A stretch of 64,000 bases of DNA, taken from NCBI RefSeq assembly GCF_023055435.1, contig NW_025963802.1, forward strand, positions 558,001 through 622,000, read 5' to 3'. Origin of the DNA: Haliotis rufescens. Lineage: Eukaryota. A model generated the notes under the pieces. The model saw nothing but the letters and a program-made list of their open reading frames with translations. It was not told the origin of the DNA and ran no database searches. A program made the translations under genes and the position numbers. This document shows positions 40,187 to 53,890 of the stretch, one piece after another (positions within the stretch are counted from its first letter, which is position 1; the number at the start of each line of letters is the position of its first letter).

Positions 40187-40799
40187 TCAATAATAGCCGA
40201 TACCTGAAACAAAAAAATAGTAGAATAAAGTTGGGATATATGGATAAGTCACAACGAAGTCTTGAAACTAGCTGCATGATAAGCTAAACCAAATATTAGA
40301 GAAAGCAGAGAATAATTTTAAAGATGTTTTGTAAATGGCATCAGCTTTGTCGCGTAAAATAATAATACCACATAGGTAAATTATATAATTTTGCAAACGA
40401 GACTGAAGGTGGGATACGATAAACAAATGATATCATATTTTGTGAAATACCTTTTCCCAATCCCATTCCGTATCCTCCAATTCCGCCGTAGAGACCACCA
40501 TAGCCTCCAAGTCCTCCGTACAGACCTCCCATGCCTCCGTATAGACCTCCCACGCCTCCGTATAGACCTCCCATGCCTCCGTATAGACCTCCCACGCCTC
40601 CGTATAGACCTCCCATGCCTCCGTACAGACCTCCATAGCCTCCGTACAGACCTCCAAGGCCTCCGTACAATCCACCCATTCCGTAGCCAATTCCGCCCAG
40701 TCCTCCTTTCAACCCGCCAATTCCACCATACAGACCAGTAGGCTCGGCAAAGGCGGTAACAGCCAGGCAGGCAACAAGAGCGGCGACTATCTTCATCAT
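40187..40799 (-). CDS. Secreted Gly/Tyr-rich protein, copy 9 (join 40451..40799, 40187..40203; 121 aa)
   Basis: Intact structure; TATA at 41165-41174. Confidence 0.88.
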
Positions 40800-43700
40800 T
40801 TTGAGTATCTATTGAGTAACGTGAAAATCATTGTCAAGAAAGGTAAATAGCATGTTATCGTTACTCATCTGGTAAATTCAGTTCACACCACTCATTGTGA
40901 ATTATGTTATCAGTTTTACTTTCACCTGCATTCATAGATTTCCCAATTTACAAGAACGTTTTATGTTACATATTCGTACTTTTATGAATTGGCTCAACAT
41001 AAAGATTGAAAACAGCCAGATGCGCAGCAGATGAATCAAACATTAAAAGTATACATATATATCACAAGCAAACCTTAAAATAGTACTTACAGTTTGGTCT
41101 TGACTCGTATCTGTGTCTTAACGGCAGGTGAAGATAAGAGATGATGGAACAGTTTCCCCCATCCTTTATATATACCATTTGTGAATTATACGTGATTAAT
41201 TTACCTTGGGCTGGCCAATTCCAGGTAAGTGACGCACCTCAGTTTAATGGTGTAAAGTAAGCATTCTTTTCGCATCAAAGGGCCCGAGGTTATCACCCTA
41301 CGGGTACACATGCGAGCTGGTATACATGAACATCGATTAAGGAAGTACAAGACAACGTATATAAAGGTGGAAAACAGACACACTCTCTCTGGCATCGTCT
41401 AACTGCATTTCAAACAGTCCTCGATACTCAACGTTTAACCTATATCAAGTAAATATTCGACAACGGTCTGAAAAGTGTGTATCCAGTAAATATATGATGT
41501 GGGAGCAACATACATCAGACATTATAATGCATCTGTGTGATACGACATAACAAGAGACCAGAAAACTGACGCAACACACTAGTACAGCCTTACCACAGTA
41601 CAGCAGTAGCACTGTACCACACGGGGTCAACTATGCTAACCGTTTCCGTGTAATACAGCAGCCTGCTCACAAGAAAATAGCTTCTGCTGAATATACTGCA
41701 GAAGTCCCCAGATACTGCATTATTCTCCCCGAATTTTATTTATCTTACTGCACAATAACAATAAACTACAACAGCTTTATTTCCTAACTGATAGGTACAT
41801 ATATTGGTTTATTCTCACAAAGGGACTGTCACTATGAATATTCACAACACCATTTTATGCGTGTAATATCTGTTAAAAGCCTAAAGTACACCAATGTCTT
41901 CTGAAAACATGATTGACATATGAACAACCGCTTGTTTTCTCGTCTTTGTTGACTTGTCTTTGTATGTGTTTGTGACGGAGGAACCGTTGGGGCAGGATAC
42001 GCTTACTTTTTGGCAACCGCCAGGTATCATCACTATCTGGTAGTCATTCATACGCACATGCGTGTGATCATTAAAGTCGAAATCGTACAATGGTCTCTGC
42101 TTCGAGCAGAGGTTTCGAATGATTCTGAAAAGGGTTATGTGGCTTTTATTTGCAACTGCGTTTCTTGAGAGAAGTCTCTTATTTTCAACATATCATCTTG
42201 ATAATTGTACACTTCATTATCAAGGCATTTGTAATAATACGAGCATCACTAAATTTGTTATCTCAATTTCTATAGATAACGCCTGAATGTTGATATAATA
42301 ATCATTCAATGATGACCCTTTAACTACATAAATCGTCAACGCCAGAAAATAATCAGGCTCCATTATCTGCTGAAACAGATTTCATTGAGTGTAAAAGGCA
42401 AGGTTGTGCTAAAACATATGCTGAATATCAGTGATGTCATCAGGTGTTAATGAATAGTTTATATTTGTATATATTTGTTGGGTGTTTCATGAGCTCCTCC
42501 GTCAGTTACATCGTGTGCCAGATTAGGAGAATGTTGTCTTTTGACAATGTCTCAGCCATTCATACATTTGCATATATACTTAATCACTGTTGCAAATAAC
42601 TCACTTTAACGTGTTTTAATCTTGGGGTGAGTCTTTGGTTCTAAACATTAGAAGAAAGAAGAAAGTATATAAATCGCCTCTACCCTTTACGTATGCCCTT
42701 GACATGATGAAGCAGTAGTGATAGTGATGACTGTGTTCTTTTAAGGCGTGTTTAAACCAAAACTCATACCAAGAATAAAACATGCGCAAATCAGTTTGAC
42801 AATGTGTAACTATGTAAGGGTTTCCCAGAACCGTACATCTAAAAGTAAAGACGTGTGTTTTCAGAAGAAAATGCTCTTAAAGTATAACACAAAGGTGTTT
42901 TCAAAGATAGACATGACCAAACGACTTGTTTTTACAGTCTGGTTGTTGTTATAAAAAGACTTATGACAAGCTTTAAAGTTGGACCATTTATTCCGCTGAA
43001 TTTCACTCTCTACAGTTACCAAATGCAATCTCCTTTGTATTGATAAATGATTGTCACTTTTGCGTTGTAATCAAACACTAGGGATATATTAGCTATTTGT
43101 TTGTTTATTGTAATCTTCAATCCTACCAATCCAGTTCGGAATCTTAAAATTCGCTGTCTGATTTAATCAATATGTGTTTTACAAATAGCACCCACAGGGA
43201 AGGTGCTTAGTGAACACACAACTAAATATCTATATAGATACTTCTCCTATTAATTACATAAGCAGTATGCAAAATTTTAAATTGCATCATCAAATCAAGA
43301 AGTACATGTTTGATGGAAATTACAAATAATTCCTAGTTTGATAAGCTACACCCGGACAAGCGTATTTAATAGTTACTTTTGAATTCAATCGTTTTGTTTG
43401 TGTTATTGATAAACTGTAAAGATATGTTACTGTCATGGAAATTCTAACTGTATGCATTCCCTTCTAACCAAAGCAGTAAGAATCTTGCAACATTTGTTTT
43501 GATGCTCTACATCACCATGGCTTTCGCTGTTTCATTGCAGCAGCTCAGATATTATTTATACAAAGCGCCATAACAACATGTAGATTGTATTCTGAATACA
43601 ACCTTCGCTCATTTTCAAGGACAGCGCACACATTTGCATTTCAATACAGTGCACACTGTCTACCCCTTGATCCCGTTAATGAACGCTTTGACCAAAATTG

Positions 43701-44221
43701 ATACTCCTGCTTATTTGTTTCGCTGCATGTTTTTAAAATGCAAATTGAAATACAGCCAGCCAATTCCAGATATTATGGTACTTCAAATGGCCAACAAACC
43801 CTTCCGTGGCAGCCCAAATGATACATTCCCGTGAAACATGAACTCGGGTAAGTGACATTTTGTGGGAGATATATCAAGCATAAAATCACTCCTCTTATCA
43901 TCATGTCCGGTTCACTCCTCTTATCATCATGTCCGGTTTCCTCAGTAACGTAATAGCACATATCAGTAGTTGATATCTTAGCTTGAAGTAAAACGCAATA
44001 TCATTTAAGTGCTTGGATATTGGTCGACAACACGCACTATGTCCAGAGTTTACAATATGGATAAACATAGATCACTCTTCCATTGTGAACATTCAATTCA
44101 GTTTTCAGATTCTCAAACAAATTTCAAGGCGTAAATAAATATGACAAGATTTTATTGAACCAATTCCATTGGTTTGAGAATATACATAAATAGCCAGCAT
44201 CACACTGCAGGTGATAATAAC

Positions 44222-44834
44222 TCAATAATAGCCGATACCTGAAACAAAAAAATAGTAGAATAAAGTTGGGATATATGGATAAGTCACAACGAAGTCTTGA
44301 AACTAGCTGCATGATAAGCTAAACCAAATATTAGAGAAAGCAGAGAATAATTTTAAAGATGTTTTGTAAATGGCATCAGCTTTGTCGCGTAAAATAATAA
44401 TACCACATAGGTAAATTATATAATTTTGCAAACGAGACTGAAGGTGGGATACGATAAACAAATGATATCATATTTTGTGAAATACCTTTTCCCAATCCCA
44501 TTCCGTATCCTCCAATTCCGCCGTAGAGACCACCATAGCCTCCAAGTCCTCCGTACAGACCTCCCATGCCTCCGTATAGACCTCCCACGCCTCCGTATAG
44601 ACCTCCCATGCCTCCGTATAGACCTCCCACGCCTCCGTATAGACCTCCCATGCCTCCGTACAGACCTCCATAGCCTCCGTACAGACCTCCAAGGCCTCCG
44701 TACAATCCACCCATTCCGTAGCCAATTCCGCCCAGTCCTCCTTTCAACCCGCCAATTCCACCATACAGACCAGTAGGCTCGGCAAAGGCGGTAACAGCCA
44801 GGCAGGCAACAAGAGCGGCGACTATCTTCATCAT
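44222..44834 (-). CDS. Secreted Gly/Tyr-rich protein, copy 10 (join 44486..44834, 44222..44238; 121 aa)
   Basis: Intact structure; TATA at 45200-45209. Confidence 0.88.
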
Positions 44835-47800
44835 TTTGAGTATCTATTGAGTAACGTGAAAATCGTTGTCAAGAAAGGTAAATAGCATGTTATCGTTACT
44901 CATCTGGTAAATTCAGTTCACACCACTCATTGTGAATTATGTTATCAGTTTTACTTTCACCTGCATTCATAGATTTCCCAATTTACAAGAACGTTTTATG
45001 TTACATATTCGTACTTTTATGAATTGGCTCATCATAAAGATTGAAAACAGCCAGATGCGCAGCAGATGAATCAAACATTAAAATTGTACATATATATCAC
45101 AAGCAAACCTTAAAATAGTACTTACAGTTTGGTCTTGACTCGTATCTGTGTCTTAACGGCAGGTGAAGATAAGAGATGATGGAACAGTTTCCCCCATCCT
45201 TTATATATACCATTTGTGAATTATACGTGATTAATTTACCTTGGGCTGGCCACTTCCAGGTAAGTGACGCACCTCAGTTTAATGGTGTAAAGTAAGCATT
45301 CTTTTCGCATCAAAGGGCCCGAGGTTATCACCCTACGGGTACACATGCGAGCTGGTATACATGAACATCGATTAAGGAAGTACAAGACAACGTATATAAA
45401 GGTGGCAAACAGACACACTCTCTCTGGCATCGTCTAACTGCATTTCAAACAGTCCTCGATTCTCAACGTTTAACCTATATCAAGTAAATATTCGATAACG
45501 GTCTGAAAAGTGTGTATCCAGTAAATATATGATGTGGGAGCAACATACATCAGACATTATAATGCATCTGTGTGATACGACATAACAAGAGACCAGAAAA
45601 CTGACGCAACACACTAGTACAGCCTTACCACAGTACAGCAGTAGCACTGTACCACACGGGGTCAACTATGCTAACCGTTTCCGTGTAATACAGCAGCCTG
45701 CTCACAAGAAAATAGCTTCTGCTGAATATACTGCAGAAGTCCCCAGATACTGCATATTCTCCCCGAATTTTATTTATCTTACTGCACAATAACAATAAAC
45801 TACAACAGCTTTATTTCCTAACTGATAGGTACATATATTGGTTTATTCTCACAAAGGGACTGTCACTATGAATACTCACAACACCTTTTTATGCGTGTAA
45901 TATCTGTTAAAAGCCTAAAGTACACCAATGTCTTCTGAAAACATGATTGACATATGAACAACAGCTTGTTTTCTCGTCTTTGTTGACTTGTCTTTGTATG
46001 TGTTTGTGACGGAGGAACCGTTGGGGCAGGATACGCTTACTTTTTGGCAACCGCCAGGTATCATCACTATCTGGTAGTCATTCATACGCACATGCGTGTG
46101 ATCATTAAAGTCGAAATCGTACAATGGTCTCTGCTTCGAGCAGAGGTTTCGAATGATTCTGAAAAGGGTTATGTGGCTTTTATTTGCAACTGCGTTTCTT
46201 GAGAGAAGTCTCTTATTTTCAACATATCATCTTGATAATTGTACACTTCATTATCAAGGCATTTGTAATAATACGAGCATCACTAAATTTGTTATCTCAA
46301 TTTCTATAGATAACGCCTGAATGTTGATATAATAATCATTCAATGATGACCCTTTAACTACATAAATCGTCAACGCCAGAAAATAATCAGGCTCCATTAT
46401 CTGCTGAAACAGATTTCATTGAGTGTAAAAGGCAAGGTTGTGCTAAAACATATGCTGGATATCAGTGATGTCATCAGGTGTTAATGAATAGTTTATATTT
46501 GTATATATTTGTTGGGTGTTTCATGAGCTCCTCCGTCAGTTACATCGTGTGCCAGATTAGGAGAATGTTGTCTTTTGACAATGTCTCAGCCATTCATACA
46601 TTTGCATATATACTTAATCACTGTTGCAAATAACTCACTTTAACGTGTTTTAATCTTGGGGTGAGTCTTTGGTTCTAAACATTAGAAGAAAGAAGAAAGT
46701 ATATAAATCGCCTCTACCCTTTACGTATGCCCTTGACATGATGAAGCAGTAGTGATAGTGATGACTGTGTTCTTTTAAGGCGTGTTTAAACCAAAACTCA
46801 TACCAAGAATAAAACATGCGCAAATCAGTAACTATGTAAGGGTTTCCCAGAACCGTACATCTAAAAGTAAAGACGTGTGTTTTCAGAAGAAAATGCTCTT
46901 AAAGTATAACACAAAGGTGTTTTCAAAGATAGACATGACCAAACGACTTGTTTTTACAGTCTGGTTGTTGTTATAAAAAGACTTATGACAAGCTTTAAAG
47001 TTGGACCATTTATTCCGCTGAATTTCACTCTCTACAGTTACCAAATGCAATCTCCTTTGTATTGATAAATGATTGTCACGTTTGCGATGTAATCAAACAC
47101 TAGGGATATATTAGCTATTTGTTTGTTTATTGTAATCTTCAATCCTACCAATCCAGTTCGGAATCTTAAAATTCGCTGTCTGATTTAATCAATATGTGTT
47201 TTACAAATAGCACCCACAGGGAAGGTGCTTAGTGAACACACAACTAAATATCTATATAGATACTTCTCCTATTAATTACATAAGCAGTATGCAAAATTTT
47301 AAATTGCATCATCAAATCAAGAAGTACATGTTTGATGGAAATTACAAATAATTCCTAGTTTGATAAGCTACACCCGGACAAGCGTATTTAATAGTTACTT
47401 TTGAATTCAATCGTTTTGTTTGTGTTATTAATAAACTGTCAAGATATGTTACTGTCATGGAAATTCCAACTGTATGCATTCCCTTCTAACCAAAGCAGTA
47501 AGAATCTTGCAACATTTGTTTTGATGCTCTACATCACCATGGCTTTCGCTGTTTCATTGCAGCAGCTCAGATATTATTTATACAAAGCGCCATAACAACA
47601 TGTAGATTGTATTCTGAATACAACTTTCGCTCATTTTCAAGGACAGCACACACATTTGCATTTCAATACAGTGCACACTGTCTACCCCTTGATCCCGTTA
47701 ATGAACGCTTTGACCAAAATTGATACTCCTGCTTATTTGTTTCGCTGCATGTTTTTAAAATGCAAATTGAAATACAGCCAGCCAATTCCAGATATTATGG

Positions 47801-48243
47801 TACTTCAAATGGCCATCAAACCCTTTCGTGGCAGCCCAAATGATACATTCCCGTGAAACATGAACTCGGGTAAGTGACATTTTGTGGGAGATATATCAAG
47901 CATAAAATCACTCCTCTTATCATCATGTCCGGTTCACTCCTCTTATCATCATGTCCGGTTTCCTCAGGAACGTAATAGCACATATCAGTAGTTGATATCT
48001 TAGCTTGAAGTAAAACGCAATATCATTTAAGTGCTTGGATATTGGTCGACAACACGCACTATGTCCAGAGTTTACAATATGGATAAACATAGATCACTCT
48101 TCCATTGTGAACATTCAATTCAATTTTTAGATTCTCAAACAAATTTCAAGGCGTAAATAAATATGACAAGATTTTATTGAACCAATTCCATTGGTTTGAG
48201 AATATACATAAATAGCCAGCATCACACTGCAGGTGATAATAAC

Positions 48244-48856
48244 TCAATAATAGCCGATACCTGAAACAAAAAAATAGTAGAATAAAGTTGGGATATATGG
48301 ATAAGTCACAACGAAGTCTTGAAACTAGCTGCATGATAAGCTAAACCAAATATTAGAGAAAGCAGAGAATAATTTTAAAGATGTTTTGTAAATGGCATCA
48401 GCTTTGTCGCGTAAAATAATAATACCACATAGGTAAATTATATAATTTTGCAAACGAGACTGAAGGTGGGATACGATAAACAAATGATATCATATTTTGT
48501 GAAATACCTTTTCCCAATCCCATTCCGTATCCTCCAATTCCGCCGTAGAGACCACCATAGCCTCCAAGTCCTCCGTACAGACCTCCCATGCCTCCGTATA
48601 GACCTCCCACGCCTCCGTATAGACCTCCCATGCCTCCGTATAGACCTCCCACGCCTCCGTATAGACCTCCCATGCCTCCGTACAGACCTCCATAGCCTCC
48701 GTACAGACCTCCAAGGCCTCCGTACAATCCACCCATTCCGTAGCCAATTCCGCCCAGTCCTCCTTTCAACCCGCCAATTCCACCATACAGACCGGTAGGC
48801 TCGGCAAAGGCGGTAACAGCCAGGCAGGCAACAAGAGCGGCGACTATCTTCATCAT
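48244..48856 (-). CDS. Secreted Gly/Tyr-rich protein, copy 11 (join 48508..48856, 48244..48260; 121 aa)
   Basis: Intact structure; TATA at 49222-49231; exon 1 and the upstream region carry private substitutions. Confidence 0.88.
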
Positions 48857-50057
48857 TTTGAGTATCTATTGAGTAACGTGAAAATCATTGTCAAGAAAGG
48901 TAAATAGCATGTTATCGTTACTCATCTGGTAAATTCAGTTCACACCACTCATTATGAATTATGTTATCAGTTTTACTTTCACCTGCATTCATATATTTCC
49001 CAATTTACAAGAACGTTTTATGTTACATATTCGTACTTTTATGAATTGGCTCATCATAAAGATTGAAAACAGACAGATGCGCAGCAGATGAATCAAACAT
49101 TAAAAGTGTACATATATATCACAAGCAAACCTTAAAATAGTACTTACAGTTTGGTGTTTACACGTATCTGTGTCTCAACGGCAGGTGAAGATAAGAGATG
49201 ATGGAACAGTTTCCCCCATCCTTTATATATACCATTTGTGAATTATACGTGATTTATTTACCTTGGGCTGGCCACTTCCAGGTAAGTAACGCACCTCCGC
49301 TTATTTGTGTAAAGTAAGCATTCTTTTCGCATCGAAGGGCCCGAGGTTATCACCCTACGGGTACACATGCGAGCTGGTATACATGAACATCGATTAAGGA
49401 AGTACAAGACAACGTATATAAAGGTGGCAAACAGACACACTCTTTCTGGCATCGTCTAACCGCATTTCAAACAGTCCTCGATACTCAACGTTTAACCTAT
49501 ATTAAGTAAATATTGGATAACGGTCTGAAAAGTGTGTATCCAGTGAATATATGATGTAGGAGCAACATACATCAGACATTATAATGCATCTGTGTGATAA
49601 GACATAACAAGAGACCAGAAAACTGACGCAACACACTAGTACAGCCTCACCACAGTACAGCAGTAGCACTGTACCACACGGGGTCAACTATGCTAACCGT
49701 TTCCGTGTAATACAGCAGCCTGCTCACAAGAAAATAGCTTCTACTGAATATACTGCAGAAGTCCCCAGATACTACATTATTCTCCCCGAATTTTATTTAT
49801 CTTACTGCACAATAACAATAAACTACAACAGCTTTGTTTGCTAACTGATAGGTACATATATTGGTTTCTTCTCACAAAGGAACTCTCACTGTGAATACTC
49901 ACAACACCATTTTATGCGTGTAGTATCTGTTAAAAGCCTAAAGTACACCAATGTCTTCTGAAAACATGATTGACATATGAACAACCGCTTGTTTTCTCGT
50001 CTTTGTTGACTTGTCTGTGTATGTGATTGTGACGGTGGAACCGTTGGGGCAGGATAC

Positions 50058-50140
50058 CAGTAGTAAGTACAGACCACAAAATAATTTTTATCAGCAGAAG
50101 AAATACCTTTCTTCTGCTGACGTCACTTCCTGTTGGTGCA
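50058..50140 (+). repeat. Split direct repeat A1 (left terminus, 83 bp)
   Basis: Matches 53735-53817 with 7 mismatches. Confidence 0.92.
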
Positions 50141-50167
50141 ACGTCGCCAGCGAGTCGACCTACGGAA

Positions 50168-50776
50168 TTGAATGCCCAAAATGGCGGACATGCCCCCCTA
50201 GGTGCGTCGAGTTCACCGAGTTCCGGTTTTAGCAACGCTGAAGTCGCCACCGGCACAACACGACAGCATGCGACGAGTGCAGTTGATGTGCAGTCTGAAT
50301 TTCAAGTAATCAAGGACAGTTATCAACGTGTCAAGCTAGCTGCCGATCACAAACTGCAGGTTTCTCGCGGAGGAATAAAACACTAGGACAAAACAACCGA
50401 TTCTATTATAGCAAAGTGTGCGCGGTATTTTGAAACAGGTTTGGAAATATTGCAAAGCATTGAGTCAAATGACAGTGAGAATATTCAGGAACTTTATTTT
50501 GTACTGTTAGCTAATATTCGTTATCTACAAGATGGATATGCTGCTCTTTTAGTTAGTGGTGCTGTTATTCCTGAAACCGCACGATTGTTCAGAACATTTA
50601 GAAGAAATACCTCTGGTTTTACTCCAGACGCAATAAACGACCTGAGAAACGCTGCAGCCGTAGCTTCAGTATCAGTACAGCAAGATGACTTTAACTTTCG
50701 ACAAGCACATTCTTCAAAAGACGTGTACACGGGTCGAAACATCCCTAACACTAGCGATAATGAAGGGGGACAATAA
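50168..50776 (+). pseudogene. ORF1 (putative gag) of the YR retrotransposon, with a premature TAG at 50384-50386
   Basis: ORFs 50168-50386 and 50441-50776 are in the same frame, separated by one stop codon. The gag call rests on position upstream of pol. Confidence 0.65.
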
Positions 50777-50779
50777 ATA

Positions 50780-52567
50780 TCGAAAGACATTGCAACAAAT
50801 TCCAGTTATAAAATGGGTTTATGGTGGCCTAAAAATACCATTTACTAAAGAACCACAAATTCAGTAATAAACAATATCAATTTGTGACAAGTGAAATTCG
50901 GGCATTGTTCTGTTCGGGAGCAATTGAAATATGCAGTCGAAAACCAAAATGTGTATCGCCTATAAAAAGGGGGAAAAATTACGATTGATACATGATTTAC
51001 GGGAGCTGAACAGTGCATGTTTAAAACAGGGATACCAATGTGAGGACATTAGAACGGTTAGACAGTGTGTTAAAACAGGTGATAGTTTAGTTACACTTGA
51101 CATTAAAAACGGATTTCATCATATACCCATACACCAAGATGACAGAGATTATCTTTGGTTTCAGTGGCAAAATACATTTTATCGATGGAAGGTTCTCCCA
51201 TTTGGTTTATCAATAGCTCCGTACTATTTTTGTAAAATACTCAAACCAGTTGTTACGTATCTGCGATCTCATGGTCCATGAGAGTTGTGTGTTATGTAGA
51301 TGACATTCTACTTATGAGTACTCCTGCACATAACGTATCACAAAACAAACAATTAGTGAACACTCTTTCAAAGCTTGGGTTTTTTATCAATTGGGATAAG
51401 TCTGACTTAGAGCCAAGCAACACCAAGTCTTATTTGGGTTACATAGTGTGCACAGACGGAGAATTCGCTCAGTTGAGAATCCCATCATCACTGGTAAGGA
51501 AACTGAAAAAAGACATAAGGCGTGGTCTTGCTTTACCTAGGATTGAGGCCAGAGTGTTGGCTCGCATCTCTGGTCAATGTGTATCAATGTTCCGGGCTAT
51601 TGTCCCAGGGAAACTAATGGTCAGAAGTACATACAGACTTCTTAGTAGAAAAAATAGTTGGGACGATAAATTGACACTAGATTCGCCAGCTAATGAGGAT
51701 ATGTTGTGGTGGTTTACTGCTCTTGATAACTGGAATGGACAAAGCATAATTATTCGACAACCTGAAGTGCAAATAGTTACAGACGCAAGTTCGACAGGTT
51801 ACGGCGCGGTATGCAACGGGAAACAGGCAGCAGGATTTTGGCCTCCACAAATAAGCAGTCTTCACTCAAACAACAAAGAGATGTTAGCCATTCTCATGGC
51901 GTTGCACACCTTTGGTCCAAGTTTAAAAGGAAAAGTTGTGAAGATACTGTCCGACAACATATCTGCAGTATGCTACATAAATCAACTGGGAGGTCCAAGT
52001 CTGCCCCTGACAAATATCATGAAATCAATATGGATCGTGCCTCACAAGTATGGCCTTCATATTCAAGCAGGCTTCCTGGCTGGATGCAAGAATGTAGAAG
52101 CAGATGCTCTCAATCGTCTCCCAGACCTATACGAGTGGCAACTGAATCCAGCCCTATTTCAATACATAGACAGACTGTGGGGAACCCACTCAGTAGACCG
52201 GTTTGCGACCATGTCAAATACTCAGCTGGGAACATACAACAGTCGATTTTGGGACCCGGGCAGTTCAGGGGTGGACGCTTTGTCTAGAGCAAACTGGGGG
52301 ATTCACAACAACTTTGTGAATCCGCCCTTCCGTCTATTACCAGAGGTCATAGACAAGGTCATCCAGGAAAAAGCAATCGCGACTATCATAGCACCTGCGT
52401 GGAGAAACAGACCGTGGTTTCACAAACTGAGAACGATATTGACCTGTTCCCCAATTCGAATTCCAAAGATCTCCTGGACAATTCTAAGTTCAACGAGCAA
52501 GGTGGAACCTTTGGAATATCACAAATGGCGCCTATACGCCTGGAGAGTGTGTGGAGATGGAATCTAG
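50780..52567 (+). pseudogene. pol: reverse transcriptase, RNase H and Dam-like N6-adenine methyltransferase (frameshifted)
   Basis: RT motifs LRLIHDLRELN, LDIKNGFHHIPI, LPFGLSIAPYYF, YVDD, YLG; RNase H motifs TDASSTGYGA, SNNKEMLAI, SDN, NVEADALNR; MT motifs DRFA, NSRFWDPG, GVDAL, FVNPPF, APAW..RPWF. Frameshift at ~51280. Start position is approximate. Confidence 0.92.
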
Positions 52568-53590
52568 AAAAAAAGGTTGGTTAGACAGGGCCATAAGTCA
52601 ACTACAACTTTGTCTGGCACCAAGCACTCTTAAAGTGTACAACGGAGCTATTCAGAAACTACAACAATTTTGTCATGATAATGAACGGTCATTTCCGAGA
52701 TGTGATGAAATAACTATAGTTGACTTTTTGTGCTCAATAGCTGATAGTTCATCTAGACCATTATCTCAAATAAAGACAACAGTCGCTGCTCACTCACTTG
52801 TTCGAATGTGCGAACGAGGAGTCAGTTTTGGACAATTACGAAGTCAATATGATGATCAAAGCATTGATTAAATCTAATACTCTACAACCCCGTAAACGGT
52901 CAAAGATCATGCCTGTGGACCCATTTATCAATTTATTTCGTCAATGGCCAAATAATCTGCATCTACAGCTTAAATTGTTAAGGTTAAAGATTATTGTATT
53001 GTTGTCTTTAACATTAATGTTGAGACCCTCGGACATAACCCCTAAAGTCGTTGTGTTTGATCCCAATGACAATGTGAAAAAAGCAGTGGTATTTTCATCT
53101 GATGATGTACTTTTCCATGATGATGATAGCGCAACCATATGGTTGCATGGTATAAAGAATGACACTGACAGGTCAGGTTTCGAGGTACATCCCCCACCAG
53201 GATCAGAGAGAAAAGTTAACCCAGTTGAAGCTCTTAAAGTGTACATAGAACGGACAAATGGTGTTAGGCCCAAACAGGATATGCCAGTATTTCTAACACT
53301 GCAACGACCTTACAAGGCAATAACTGCTGCTACAGTCGGTTCGATTCTAAACGAAGCAATCAGATTAGCAGGTTTAGGTGGATTTTATACAGCTAAATCT
53401 TTTTAGGCCGACGGGGGCGACTAAGGCTATAGACACGGGGTTTGAACCAGATACAATTATGCGCATGGGTCGTTGGAAGACAAGATCAGTGTTCTTTGAC
53501 TACTATGTACACAGTAAAACCCCTGCCTCTTACACAACTGATGTTTTGACAAAATTAGATTTATTGTTTGCATTTATGATGTTTCGATGA
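52551..53590 (+). pseudogene. Tyrosine recombinase (frameshifted, three fragments)
   Basis: LAPSTLKVY (N-terminal domain), LRPSD (catalytic R), GIKND (K), AKSF-RPTGAT (second R), MGRWKT (W), VFFDYY (Y). Confidence 0.9.
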
Positions 53591-53678
53591 TATCTATTAC
53601 ATAAAACGTTAATTTCCTATATACATTTTGCAGAATGCATGCATTTTCTGTTAAATATCTTGTAGTAGCTCTCTATTT

Positions 53679-53734
53679 AGGCTATAACTATTATTTTAGT
53701 TTCGTGGTGTGTTGATAACGTAGGTTTCGGTAAA
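53679..53734 (+). repeat. Split direct repeat B1 (56 bp), directly abutting A2
   Basis: Matches 53891-53946 with 3 mismatches. Confidence 0.92.
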
Positions 53735-53817
53735 CAGAAGTTAGTACACACCACAAAATAATAATTATCAGCAGAAGAAATACGTTTCTTCTGCTGGCGT
53801 CACTTCCTGTTGGTGCA
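53735..53817 (+). repeat. Split direct repeat A2 (83 bp)
   Basis: Internal copy of the left terminus A1. Confidence 0.92.
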
Positions 53818-53890
53818 TTTTCTTCTATTTCTTTTGATTATATAATGTAAAGTTTATAGACTTTCTGGTGACGTTGTATTACGGGAATAA

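Noticed and set aside
52140-52567. Bacterial or phage Dam methylase suggesting contamination, horizontal transfer or a restriction-modification system
   Set aside because: It is fused in frame after RNase H in the retrotransposon pol, which is the established position of the MT domain in DIRS1/PAT-type elements.
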